Position numbers and translations under genes: made by a program. Under the pieces are notes generated by a model. That model made no database searches and had not been told where the DNA came from. It saw only the letters and a program-made list of their open reading frames with translations. A stretch of 64,000 bases of DNA from an uncultured delta proteobacterium (lineage in GTDB: Bacteria; Myxococcota_A; Polyangia; Polyangiales; Polyangiaceae): contig CAWJCS010000003.1 in assembly GCA_963841435.1 (NCBI GenBank), forward strand, positions 992,001-1,056,000, given 5' to 3'. Positions 22,122 to 31,758 of this stretch are shown here, in pieces (positions within the stretch are counted from its first letter, which is position 1; each line of letters begins with the position of its first letter).

Positions 22122-23358
22122 TCACCAGCACCTCACATACGCGCGGCCGTTGCTGGTCCCGTGATAGCAACTGCCAAACCAGGGCTCAATCCACCACATC
22201 TTGTCGTAGATGCGCGACCAATGTTCGATTTCCCCCGGATTCGGACAATAAGGGTGAGCGTAGAGGGAAGAGAAGACACCGATCGCGACAGGCGTCCAGT
22301 TCGGGGGCTTGCCGATCATGTATGACTGGTTGTTTGCAGGACCACCGGAGTCGCCCTTGCACGCCCCGCGACTGGTTCGTGAAGACATCCATGTGCCAGA
22401 ACGCTGTAGTCTGCGCGCTGACGCCCCCATAGAATAGCCCTCGCCTGCCGACCCCCTGGTTGCCACCGCTGTTGGCGTTCCAGCCGTATCCCTCGATCCA
22501 ATAGGTGTCGTTTACGACGGTCATTTGGTTCAGCATGCGCATCCAGCTCGCCGATGTATTCGCAGGCGCGAGCCAGCTCGAATCTGGAATGACGAGCGCG
22601 AGGTCGTGAGCAATGTCACCGTTGCCCGTGTAACCTGGGTATGGCCATCCCCAGGCATTGTCGCCACTGCCACCGCAATCCCAGTTGATGCAAGGAACCT
22701 CAGGGTGTGTATTGCCATAGTCCACCCGAATATGATAACGCTGGACGCCTTCTGTGGTCGGTAGACAGTGCGCCGCAGTGAGCAGCGCGTACGGACCAAT
22801 AAGGACTCCGCTACAGTAGCTGCCGTCAGTCCGAGTGATTCTCACCGTTGCAGGGTTTTGGAACTCGTAGGACACCGCTACCTTGTCCACGCGCTCGGCC
22901 GAGGGTAGGTCATCGAACTCCTCGTTGTCGGGCGCGTCGCTTGGTGCGGGCTCGCCATACGGTTCAACGACCGGCTGTGCTTCGGCATGCTCCCGGCGCA
23001 AGCGCGTGAATGTCCGCGCATCATCGCAGTTCCTTACTTGTCGCACCCCGCCATTTCTCACTGCAGCCACCGCGTCAGCGTCATCCACGGCTACGCGGTT
23101 TGCCAGCATGTCGTTCATCTTCCCGAACAGGTACCATTCGCGCTCGACCATCTCCTCGCCGCTGTTGGAATCCACGCTCCGCCACTCGGCGCAAACATCC
23201 TCGCCGTACTCGCCCACGAGAGGGTACGCGCGATCGACGAGTTGCCACTGTTCGGGGAGCACAGGCTCTTGTTCCGATCGACCAACGCTACCATCGCTGC
23301 CGCACCCAGCAAGCGCACCCAACACCGCCAAAGCGAACCCGATGTCGTTCACCCTCAT
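22122..23358 (-). CDS. Trypsin-like serine protease lipoprotein with pro-domain; one frameshift in a G4 run (22364-22367)
   Basis: Lipobox LAGC, CSGVLIGPYALLTAAHC and HDLALV in 22186..23508. The catalytic ACKGDSGGP lies in the adjacent frame (22122..22466). Confidence 0.85.
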
Positions 23359-23646
23359 AGGACCCTCCGCTGTTGATTCAGCCATGACTCTTCCGAAGGT
23401 ATCCCCCCCCCACAGAAGTCCAGCGGATTCGGACGGGCGACACCCGCCGCGGACTACCAACGCGGAGCGCGCGTCGGCGGGTGCAACGTCGGACGATGCC
23501 GAGGTCAAGCGGAATGCGCGCGCTCACGCCGAGGTTCGGATTTTTCGTGCCGGGGAGGGCGACGTAGCCCGCCTGCGGAGAGGAGAGCATCCAGACCCGC
23601 GGCTTTTCGCTGAAGCGCGCCGCAGCGCGCTCCGAGCGCGCGGCGC

Positions 23647-24606
23647 TCACAAGCTGGAAAAGAACGCCCACTCGCGGTCCGCCCAGCCGGGCAGGTGCTC
23701 GTGGGAAAAATCCGGGAAGATGACGCGCGACTTCTTGCTACCGATCTTGTTGTAGGCCGCAAACTGTGACGACGGCGGGCAGATCGGGTCCATCAGGCCG
23801 ATCGCCATCAAGACTTCGGCCTGGATGCGGGGCGCGAGGTGCTGCACGTCGATGTAGCCGAGGCGGCGGAACCACTCGTCGACGCGCTCGTGCGTCGGGT
23901 CGTGGTGGCGGAGGAACGTGCGAAGCTCGGCGTAGGCGTCCTTCGCGAGGTCCATCTCCCAGACGCGACGATAGTCGCTGAGGAAGGGATAGACGGGCGC
24001 GGCCTTTTTGATGCGCGGCTCGAGCGAGGCGCAAGCGAGCGTGAGCGCGCCACCCTGCGAGGCACCGTGTGCGCCGATGCGCTCGGAATCCACCTCGTCG
24101 AAGCCGGCGACGACGGCGAAGAGCTCCACCGTGTCGAGGAAGATGTCGCGGAAGAGGAGCTTGTCGGGCCCGTCGAACAGGCCACGCACGATGTGGCCCG
24201 ACTGCGTGGTACCGCGCACGCCCCCGAGGTCTTCGCTGAGACCGCCCTGTCCGCGGCAGTCGAGCGCCGCAACCGAGAAGCCTGCGCCGACCCAGCCGAG
24301 CTTGCTCACGAAGTCGCCACTGTTCGTGGAGTAGCCGTGGAACTCGAGCAGCGCCGGGCCCTTGCCGGTGCGCTTTCGCGGGCGAAGGTACTTTGCGTGG
24401 AGGCGAGCGCCGTGCACGCCCGTGAAGTAGAGATGAAAGCATTCAGCGAACGAAGTCTGGAGCTCGGCGGGCACGAGCTCGGGCTTCGGGTCCACGCTGC
24501 GCATTTCGGCGAGCGCTCGCTCCCAGTAGGCGTCGAAGTCGTCCGGACGCGGATTCTGGCCCTGGTAGCGCTCGAGCTCCCCGAGGGGCATGTCGATGAG
24601 CGGCAT
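23647..24606 (-). CDS. Acetyl xylan esterase / cephalosporin-C deacetylase (CE7, AXE1 family)
   Basis: MPLIDMPL..L, PDDFDAYW, FHGY, DCRGQGG, GASQGG, D.ICPPSSQFAAYN, HE. Confidence 0.93.
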   Translation of the reverse strand: MPLIDMPLGELERYQGQNPRPDDFDAYWERALAEMRSVDPKPELVPAELQTSFAECFHLYFTGVHGARLHAKYLRPRKRTGKGPALLEFHGYSTNSGDFVSKLGWVGAGFSVAALDCRGQGGLSEDLGGVRGTTQSGHIVRGLFDGPDKLLFRDIFLDTVELFAVVAGFDEVDSERIGAHGASQGGALTLACASLEPRIKKAAPVYPFLSDYRRVWEMDLAKDAYAELRTFLRHHDPTHERVDEWFRRLGYIDVQHLAPRIQAEVLMAIGLMDPICPPSSQFAAYNKIGSKKSRVIFPDFSHEHLPGWADREWAFFSSL

Positions 24607-24676
24607 GGCGCGCGGTGTTAGCACCGTTTTTCCCGCGCGGGATCTCGGCAGGCGCTGTGTTAAGCTCCGCGGCCCG

Positions 24677-27169
24677 ATGCGCGTCTCCTACCGCTGGCTT
24701 TGCGAGCTATTGCCCGATCTCACGCTCTCGGCGACCGAGGTCGCCGACCGTCTGAGCGCCGCCGGGGTCGCGGTCGATCGCGTCGAGCCGCGTGGGACGG
24801 CGCTCGAGGCCGTTCGCCTCGCGCGCGTCGCCCGCGTGGAGCCGCACCCCAAGCGTTCGGGGCTTCGGCTCGTCACGGTGGATCACGGCGCCGGGACGCA
24901 GACCGTGGTGTGCGGCGCGTCGAACGTGCCGGACCCGGGCGGCCTCGTGGCGCTCGCCCCGCTCGGCGCGAAGCTCCCGACCCTGCCAGAGCCGCTCGGC
25001 CGGCGTGAGATCGGCGGCGTCCCGAGCGAGGGCATGCTCGTGAGCGAAGCCGAGCTCGGGCTCGGCGCGAGCGCGTCCGGCATCCTCGTGGCGCCCGATC
25101 TCTCGGGTGAGCCCGGCCTGTCGCTCGCCGAGCTCTGGCCGAGCGCGGTCGATTCGATCCTCGAGCTCGACGTGACGCCGAATCGCCCGGACGCTCTCAG
25201 CCACTTCGGCGTTGCGCGCGAGCTCGCCGCGCTGCTCTCGCTCGCGGCCCCCGCGCGTGACGGCGCGACCATCCCACTGCCGAGCTCGCCCGAGCTCGAC
25301 GGCCTCATTCGCATCGACAATCGCGATCTGGAGCGCTGCCCGCACTACGCCGCCGGCGCCGTGCTCGACATAGCGGTGGGCCCGTCGCCCGCCTGGCTGC
25401 GTTTTCGGCTGGAAAGCCTGGGGGTCCGGGCCATTTCGAACGTCGTCAACGTGACGAACCTGATCTTGATGGAGCACGGGCAGCCCATGCACGCGTTCGA
25501 TCTGGATCACGTGCGAGGCGGGCGCATCATCGTGCGCCGCGCCGAGGCCGGCGAGCCGTTCACGACCCTCGACGGCACGGCGCGCAAGCTCGAGGCCGAC
25601 GACCTCGTGATCGCCGACGGCGAGGGCCCGACGGCGCTAGCGGGCGTCATGGGCGGGCTCGACAGCGAAATCAAGGAGAGCACGCGGCGCGTGCTGCTCG
25701 AGTGCGCGTACTTCACGCCGCGCGGCGTGCGCCGCACCTCGCGGCGCCACGGCCTGCACACCGAGTCGAGCCATCGCTTCGAGCGCGGCGTCGACTACGC
25801 CGCCGTCCCCGCCGTGCTCGAGAGCGCCAAGGCGCTGCTCGCCGAGCTCGCGGGCGGCCGCGTCGTGCACGGCGCCATCCACGCGCGCGGCCCCGTGCCC
25901 GAAAAGCGGCGCATCCCACTGCGCTCGAGCCGGCTCGACGCGCTGCTCGGCGCCCCCGTGCCGTTCGACGAGGCGGGCGCCATCCTCGAGCGGCTTGGCT
26001 TTCCCGTCGTCGCGCGCTCGGCAGCTGGCGAGCCGGCTCGGCTCGAGGTGGAGGCGGTGTCGTTCCGCCCCGACGTGACGCGCGAAGCCGATCTCGTCGA
26101 CGAGGTGGCGCGCGTGCGCGGCCTCGATCTGCTGCCCGAGCGCCTGCCCGCCATCGTGCCCCAGCCGCCGCGCCCCACGGGGGTGCTCGAGCGCCAGGTG
26201 CTCGACACGCTCGCGTCGCTCGGCCTGAGCGAGGCGCTGACCTACGCCTTCGTTTCCCCGGCAGATCTCGAGCGGCTCTCGGCGCCGGCACCGACCGTGC
26301 GCCTCAAGAATCCGCTCGGCGAGGAGCGCAGCGTGATGCGCACGAGCCTCCTGCCGGGCCTGCTCGAGGCACTCTCGCGGGCACGACGCCGCGGCGAGAC
26401 CCGCGTGCGCCTGTTTGCGCTCGGCGCGACCTTCCACGCGCCCGTCACCGAGCCACGCGGCGGCGCGCGACCCCGCCTCGCCGAGGACGTCGGCGCGCTG
26501 CCGAGCGAGCGGCTCGGTGTCGCCGTGGTGCTCGGCGGCCCGCGCCTCGAGCATCTCGCGCTCGAGGCGCCCGAGGTCGATGTGTACGACGCCAAAGCGA
26601 TCGCGCTCGAGCTCGTGGAGCGCGTCACGGGCCGGCACGCCGACGTCCGCTTCATCGGCACGACTCCCGAGACCAGGCATCTGCACCCGCGCGGCGCCGC
26701 GCTCGTCACCGTGGGCGACACCGTGCTCGGCCGGCTCGGTCCGCTGCACCCCGACGTGTGCCAGGCGTTCGAGCTCGGCGGCCCCGCGCTCGTCGTGGAG
26801 CTCGACATCGACGCGCTCGAGGCGCTCGGCAACGTCACGCCGCGCTACCAGCCCATGTCGCGCCTGCCCGCCATCACGCGCGATCTTTCGCTCGTCGTGA
26901 GCGACCGGGTCCCCGCGGGCGACGTCTCGCGCGTGCTCGCGGGCGCGGGCGGCGAGCTCTGCGAGTCCATCGTGGTCGCCGCGGAGTTCCGCGGCGGCTC
27001 GGTCCCCACCGGACAGCGCTCGCTCACTTTTCGCGTCGTCTACCGCGACCCGAAGGCGCGCCTCGACGCGGCGGACGCCCGCACGCTCACCGACGCCGAG
27101 GTCGACGGCCTCGAGGCCCGCATGCTCGAGGCCGCGAAGGCCGAGCTCGGCGCGGCGCTGCGGAGCTAG
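24677..27169 (+). CDS. pheT: Phenylalanine--tRNA ligase beta subunit
   Basis: MRVSYRWL, VVCGASNV, TPNRPDALSH, GQPMHAFD, SHRFERGVD, MRTSLLPGL, FDX-ACB domain with RTLTDAEV. Confidence 0.97.
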   Translation: MRVSYRWLCELLPDLTLSATEVADRLSAAGVAVDRVEPRGTALEAVRLARVARVEPHPKRSGLRLVTVDHGAGTQTVVCGASNVPDPGGLVALAPLGAKLPTLPEPLGRREIGGVPSEGMLVSEAELGLGASASGILVAPDLSGEPGLSLAELWPSAVDSILELDVTPNRPDALSHFGVARELAALLSLAAPARDGATIPLPSSPELDGLIRIDNRDLERCPHYAAGAVLDIAVGPSPAWLRFRLESLGVRAISNVVNVTNLILMEHGQPMHAFDLDHVRGGRIIVRRAEAGEPFTTLDGTARKLEADDLVIADGEGPTALAGVMGGLDSEIKESTRRVLLECAYFTPRGVRRTSRRHGLHTESSHRFERGVDYAAVPAVLESAKALLAELAGGRVVHGAIHARGPVPEKRRIPLRSSRLDALLGAPVPFDEAGAILERLGFPVVARSAAGEPARLEVEAVSFRPDVTREADLVDEVARVRGLDLLPERLPAIVPQPPRPTGVLERQVLDTLASLGLSEALTYAFVSPADLERLSAPAPTVRLKNPLGEERSVMRTSLLPGLLEALSRARRRGETRVRLFALGATFHAPVTEPRGGARPRLAEDVGALPSERLGVAVVLGGPRLEHLALEAPEVDVYDAKAIALELVERVTGRHADVRFIGTTPETRHLHPRGAALVTVGDTVLGRLGPLHPDVCQAFELGGPALVVELDIDALEALGNVTPRYQPMSRLPAITRDLSLVVSDRVPAGDVSRVLAGAGGELCESIVVAAEFRGGSVPTGQRSLTFRVVYRDPKARLDAADARTLTDAEVDGLEARMLEAAKAELGAALRS

Positions 27170-27242
27170 CTGGGGCCGAGGTCCCAGCCCGACAAGACGC
27201 GTGAGTCTCGGAAGTACGGAGCACGATCGGTCGAACGGCCCG

Positions 27243-27512
27243 GTGCGGCTCGCGTTCGTCGTGGCACTGCTTTCGTGCGCGTGCGAGCGCAAGGCACCGG
27301 GGCCCGCCGAGTGCCAAGCGTTCGCGCTCCACGTCGCCGGCATCAACAGCCGTGACGACCTCGAATCGCCACGCGATCGCGAGAAGCTCGACAACCTCAC
27401 GCGCGAGTGCCTCGTCACGCCGTACGACCGCGAGCTCTTGCGTTGTGTGGAGGTGACCAGCCAATTTCGGCTGTGTCAGGTCGAGTACCGCCGCCGGCAC
27501 CCCCAGCGCTGA
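27243..27512 (+). CDS. Small Cys-containing lipoprotein
   Basis: LAFVVALLSCAC lipobox and four further Cys. Start is GTG 27201 or 27243. Confidence 0.6.
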   Translation: MRLAFVVALLSCACERKAPGPAECQAFALHVAGINSRDDLESPRDREKLDNLTRECLVTPYDRELLRCVEVTSQFRLCQVEYRRRHPQR

Positions 27513-27540
27513 GCCCACGCCACCATGGGCATGCCGCGCG

Positions 27541-28983
27541 TCAAACGATGCCGAGCCGCCCCAGCAGCGTGCTCCGCAGCGTGCCGTTGGGATCGAGGCG
27601 GCGCTTCATGGCGCCGAGCCGCTCGATGAAGCCGCGGTGCATGTCGCGCAAGAGATCGTCGTCGCAATGGGCTTGCTTGAGCAAGAGCACGCGCACGCCG
27701 AGCTCGTCGTAGGCACGACGGCTCACCTCCGAGAGAAACGCCCGCGCTCGCTGCTCGGTTGCGCCACCGCGCCGCACGCTGAAGCTCGAGGTCAGAAGGA
27801 AGCAGCCCTCTGCCAGCCCCGCGGCACCGTGGAGCGGCCACGCGCAGGGCGGGAGCCGGATCACGTCCTGCTGCTCGAGCCGCGACTCGAGCTCGGGAAA
27901 GTCGTCGAACACCGCGAAGTAGAGGTCCATGAACGCGCGCCGCGCCGAAACGGGCATGACGAACGTCTGGTGGCACACGCCGAGCCACGGGTTGACGCCG
28001 AACAGGCCAAGGAGGCGCGGCACGGTGCGACCGCTCGCGAGGTAGCCCTGCGCGCGGTCGTAGCTCCTCTGGTAGAAGGAAAAACCGTAGGGCGTCGCGC
28101 GAAACTGCCGACCGGGCTCGAACACCAGCGGCTGCAGCCGATGCACGACCCCGGGCAAGCGGTTCGCGAGCGCCTGCGCGACGATGTTGCGCTCGGTCCG
28201 GTCGTCGGTGAGCAAGAGCTCCCGCACGCTCTTGCCCGGCTCGCCTACCCGAACGCGATCGCCGAGCAGCACGCTCGTGCGGCGCCGGCCGAAGAAGAAC
28301 AAGCCGCGACCGAGCGGGTACAGGCCGACCTGGTAGCAAGCTTCGAGTCTCTCGAGCGCACGGTAGCCGCGCGTCGGGCAACGCTCGAGTACGTTGATCT
28401 CCGCGTACTCACCCGGCAAGAGCTGCCGGAGGCAGATCTCGATGTCGAGGATGGCGCCGAGCGCCCCGAACGAGCCGACGACGACATGGAACAGCTCGCG
28501 CTCGAGCCCCTGCGCCGAGCGAGAGCAGCGATGGAGCGACCCGTCGGGCGACAGCAGCGTGAAGGCCCGCACGTAGTCCGCGAAGTAGCCGACCGCATCG
28601 TGCGTGCAGGCAGCGAGCGCTCCACCGAGCGAGATGCGATCGCCCGTCGGAGGATGATGCGGCAGGTAGCCTGGGACGGCGTGGCAGAGCTCTCGGAAGG
28701 TGATCGCCCCGGGCGCGCGGACCCAGAGCTTGCCGTCGGGTGTGGGCTCGAGCAGGGCAACCTGCCCGCCGAACCGTGAGAGTGATACCCCCTCGGCGCC
28801 CTCGGGGGGGATGAATTGCTCGCCGAACGACCGGCGCGAGCCGAGCAGCGTGAGACCGATGCCGCGGCGACGGGCGTCCTCGAACAGCGAGGCGAGCTCC
28901 TCGGGCGCTTTTGGGTAGTGCACGACCTTCTCCGTTGCGTAGAGGCCTCCGGCGCTGCGTAGCGCGTCCGTTCTTCGTTCCAC
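27541..28983 (-). CDS. FAD-binding oxidoreductase (VAO/PCMH-type; DprE1/aldonolactone-oxidase-like)
   Basis: GSRRSFG, ISLGGALAACTHD, VVGSFGALGAI, C-terminal KRRLDPNGTLRS. Confidence 0.8.
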   Translation of the reverse strand: MERRTDALRSAGGLYATEKVVHYPKAPEELASLFEDARRRGIGLTLLGSRRSFGEQFIPPEGAEGVSLSRFGGQVALLEPTPDGKLWVRAPGAITFRELCHAVPGYLPHHPPTGDRISLGGALAACTHDAVGYFADYVRAFTLLSPDGSLHRCSRSAQGLERELFHVVVGSFGALGAILDIEICLRQLLPGEYAEINVLERCPTRGYRALERLEACYQVGLYPLGRGLFFFGRRRTSVLLGDRVRVGEPGKSVRELLLTDDRTERNIVAQALANRLPGVVHRLQPLVFEPGRQFRATPYGFSFYQRSYDRAQGYLASGRTVPRLLGLFGVNPWLGVCHQTFVMPVSARRAFMDLYFAVFDDFPELESRLEQQDVIRLPPCAWPLHGAAGLAEGCFLLTSSFSVRRGGATEQRARAFLSEVSRRAYDELGVRVLLLKQAHCDDDLLRDMHRGFIERLGAMKRRLDPNGTLRSTLLGRLGIV

Positions 28984-28994
28984 CGGAGAAGGTC

Positions 28995-31229
28995 CTACGA
29001 GAGCGCCAGGCTCGAGCCCTCGGTGCGGACGGTGACCGTCGACCCCGGCGGGTACTTTCCCGCGAGCAGCGCTGCGGCGAGCGGGTCGTGCAAAAGCCTC
29101 GAAATCACGCGCTGCAGGGGTCGCGCGCCGAGCGCTGGCTCGTGGCCGAGCTCCGCGAGCCGATCGCGGGCGGCGTCATCGATGTCGAGCGTGATGCGGC
29201 GCTCGGTGAGCAGCGCGCAAAGCTTTGCGATCTCGAGATCGACGATACGCCGGAGCTCGGTCGGGCCGAGTGGTTTGAAGACGATCACCTCGTCGAGGCG
29301 GTTCAAGAGCTCGGGGCGGAAGAAGTCGCTGAGGCCGGCGAGCAGCGCCTGCTCGAGCGCGTCGCGTGCATCCGGAGCTTCGAAGGCCGCGGGCTCGGCG
29401 GCGAGAATCCGATCGGAGCCGAGGTTGCTCGTGAGGATCACGACCGTGTGCGAAAAATCGGCGAGGCGGCCACGACCGTCCGTGAGCCGCCCGTCGTCGA
29501 GCAGCTGCAACAAGAGATTGAAGACGTCGGCATGCGCCTTTTCGACCTCGTCGAAGAGCAGCACCGAGTACGGGCGTTTGCGCACGGCCTCGGTCAAGAA
29601 GCCGCCCTGCTCGCTATCGGCGTAGCCGGGCGGCGCGCCGAGCAGGCGCTGGGCCATGTGCCGCTCCATGAACTCGCTCATGTCGAGGCGCGTGAGCGCG
29701 CGCTCGTCGTCGAACACCACCTCGGCGAGCGCCTTGGCGAGCTCCGTCTTGCCGACCCCGCTCGGCCCGAGGAAGAGAAACGACCCGATGGGCCGTTCGG
29801 CGTCGCGAAGCCCCGTGCGGCCACGGCGCACCGCGCGCGACACGGCGACGAGCGCCGCGTCCTGCCCGACGACGCGCGCGCCGAGCCGCGCCTCGAGGCC
29901 GAGGAGCTTGTCGCTCTCGCCCTCGAGAAGGCGCGTGAGTGGCACGCCCGTGCGCGCCGCGAGCGTCCGCGCAACGTCCTCCTCGCCGAGCACGATCGTC
30001 GCCGCGGAGGCGGTTCCCGACTCGGCCGCTCCGCTCTCGGCGACACGCTTCGCCGCCGCCGCTTCGTCGATGAGGTCGAACGCGCTCTCGGGCAAGAAAC
30101 GATCGGCGAGGTACCGCCTGCCGAGGTGCACGGCCGCGACGACCGCATCTTGGCCGATCTCGATCCGATGATGCACGGCGTAACGAGAAAGCGCGCCACC
30201 AACGATCGCGATGGCCTCGCCCGGCGAGGGCTCGTCGATGGAAATTTGGGTGAAAAGATGGTATATTTGGGGATCTCGCTCGCGCAAACGCCGCGCACCC
30301 TCGGGGGTCGTCGTGCCGAGTAACACGAGCTTTCCGCCGACGAGCTCCTGGCGCAGGAGATCGGTCGCCGCCGACACGACCGGCGCCTGAGCGAAGAGCT
30401 GGTTGACGCTCTCGATCACGAGCAGCGCACCGCGCCGCGTGACCTGACCGAGCGCGCTCTTCACGCGGGCTTCGACCTCGCTGCGCATCCGGGCGCTCCC
30501 GACGAGCGCACCGGCGTCCATCTCGAAGAGCGCCTGGCTCGGCAGGCCCGCGGGCACGCGCCCGCTCGCCAGGTGCCGCGCCAACAGCGCGACGAGCGCT
30601 CGCTTGCCGACGCCGCGCTCGCCGACGAGCAGCGGATGGCGCTTGTCTCGCCGCTCGAGCACGGTGAAAAGCCGCGAGAGCTCCACCGTTCGCTCGACGA
30701 GCGGATCGCTCGACGAGCGCGCGTCCGCCAGTAGGTCACGCAGCAGCCCGTCGGGCGGAACGTCGTCGGCCGGCGCGGCGGCGATGGCGCGCGAGAGGTG
30801 CTCGCGCAGCGCGCCGGGCACGATGCCGAACGCACCGAGGATCTCGCCCGCGGGGCCACGGATCTCCTGCGTGAGCGCGTGGAGCACGTGCTCGCCACGC
30901 ACCTCGGCCGTGCGGTCCCGGCGCGCTTCGCGCTCGGCGCGTTCGAGCAGATCGAGCATCCGGTCGGAGAGGAACGCCGGCTCCGACGAACGAGGGAGCG
31001 CGGAGAGCGCGCGCTCGGTCTGCGAGGCGAGCTCGGCGACGTTGGCACCGGCTCGCGCGAGGGCGTCCCTGAGCCGCGCGTCACGCTCGAGAGCGCGCAT
31101 GAGCAAGTGCAGGGGCTGCACCTCTCGGTGATGCTCCTCGTCGGCGAGCGACTGAGCGCCGGCGACGAGCGCCTTGGCGTCCGCCGCGTACCGGTCGAGC
31201 GAGATCGTTGACGTGCCGGGCTCGGCCAT
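28995..31229 (-). CDS. Clp/Hsp100-family AAA+ ATPase, atypical (degenerate NBD1, no middle domain)
   Basis: Clp N-domain. NBD2 is intact: GSFLFLGPSGVGKTE, RLLGAPPGY, LLFDEVEKAH, FRPELLNRLDE, GARPL. NBD1 reads GERGVGKRA / VIESVNQL. Confidence 0.88.
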   Translation of the reverse strand: MAEPGTSTISLDRYAADAKALVAGAQSLADEEHHREVQPLHLLMRALERDARLRDALARAGANVAELASQTERALSALPRSSEPAFLSDRMLDLLERAEREARRDRTAEVRGEHVLHALTQEIRGPAGEILGAFGIVPGALREHLSRAIAAAPADDVPPDGLLRDLLADARSSSDPLVERTVELSRLFTVLERRDKRHPLLVGERGVGKRALVALLARHLASGRVPAGLPSQALFEMDAGALVGSARMRSEVEARVKSALGQVTRRGALLVIESVNQLFAQAPVVSAATDLLRQELVGGKLVLLGTTTPEGARRLRERDPQIYHLFTQISIDEPSPGEAIAIVGGALSRYAVHHRIEIGQDAVVAAVHLGRRYLADRFLPESAFDLIDEAAAAKRVAESGAAESGTASAATIVLGEEDVARTLAARTGVPLTRLLEGESDKLLGLEARLGARVVGQDAALVAVSRAVRRGRTGLRDAERPIGSFLFLGPSGVGKTELAKALAEVVFDDERALTRLDMSEFMERHMAQRLLGAPPGYADSEQGGFLTEAVRKRPYSVLLFDEVEKAHADVFNLLLQLLDDGRLTDGRGRLADFSHTVVILTSNLGSDRILAAEPAAFEAPDARDALEQALLAGLSDFFRPELLNRLDEVIVFKPLGPTELRRIVDLEIAKLCALLTERRITLDIDDAARDRLAELGHEPALGARPLQRVISRLLHDPLAAALLAGKYPPGSTVTVRTEGSSLALS

Positions 31230-31253
31230 GCGCGGCCCTCGGCTAGCGTCGCA

Positions 31254-31688
31254 TCACGCGGGCCCCGGCGACGGACTGCCAGGCAGCGCCGCCGCGAGGC
31301 CCTCGAAGCGCTCGAGCTCGGGATCCTCGAACTCGCGCTCGCCGAGGAACGCGATGCCGACGACGGCGCGCACGGCTCCGTCGCCGCTGCGCACGGGAAT
31401 GGCGAGCGCGGCCTGCGCATCGACGGCCTTCGCGCCGGGCCGCACGTCGCCCGACGCGTCGGACTTGATGTTGCAGACCGCGACGGAGCGGTTGCGTTCC
31501 CAGGCGAGGCCCGCCATGCCCTTACCCTTGGGAATCGTCTCCGTCACGGCGACCACGGGAGGCGGAATGTTGACGGCGGCTCGCAGGATGAGCTCCTCGC
31601 CCTGCCGGGTGTGGACCGTTCCGGCGATGCCCCCGTGGGCACCGAGAAACTCCTTGAGCCAGCTGAGAAGCTCGGGATCGGTTTGCAT
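31254..31688 (-). CDS. Stand-alone GAF-domain protein
   Basis: IPKGKGMAGLAWERNRSVAVCN...ALAIPV...AVVGIAF. Confidence 0.82.
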   Translation of the reverse strand: MQTDPELLSWLKEFLGAHGGIAGTVHTRQGEELILRAAVNIPPPVVAVTETIPKGKGMAGLAWERNRSVAVCNIKSDASGDVRPGAKAVDAQAALAIPVRSGDGAVRAVVGIAFLGEREFEDPELERFEGLAAALPGSPSPGPA

Positions 31689-31758
31689 GCGCGGCACGGC
31701 AGAAGCTAGCACGACGGCCCGAGCGCTCAACTTGGACTACGCTCGACGCTCCCGCCGC

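Noticed and set aside
20595..23500. Integron cassette array or prophage
   Set aside because: No integrase, no recognisable attC (RYYYAAC...GTTRRRY) sites in the gene orientation, and no phage genes.
28995..31229. T6SS ClpV or canonical clpB
   Set aside because: No T6SS genes are nearby, and it lacks the ClpB middle domain and a canonical NBD1, so no gene symbol was assigned.
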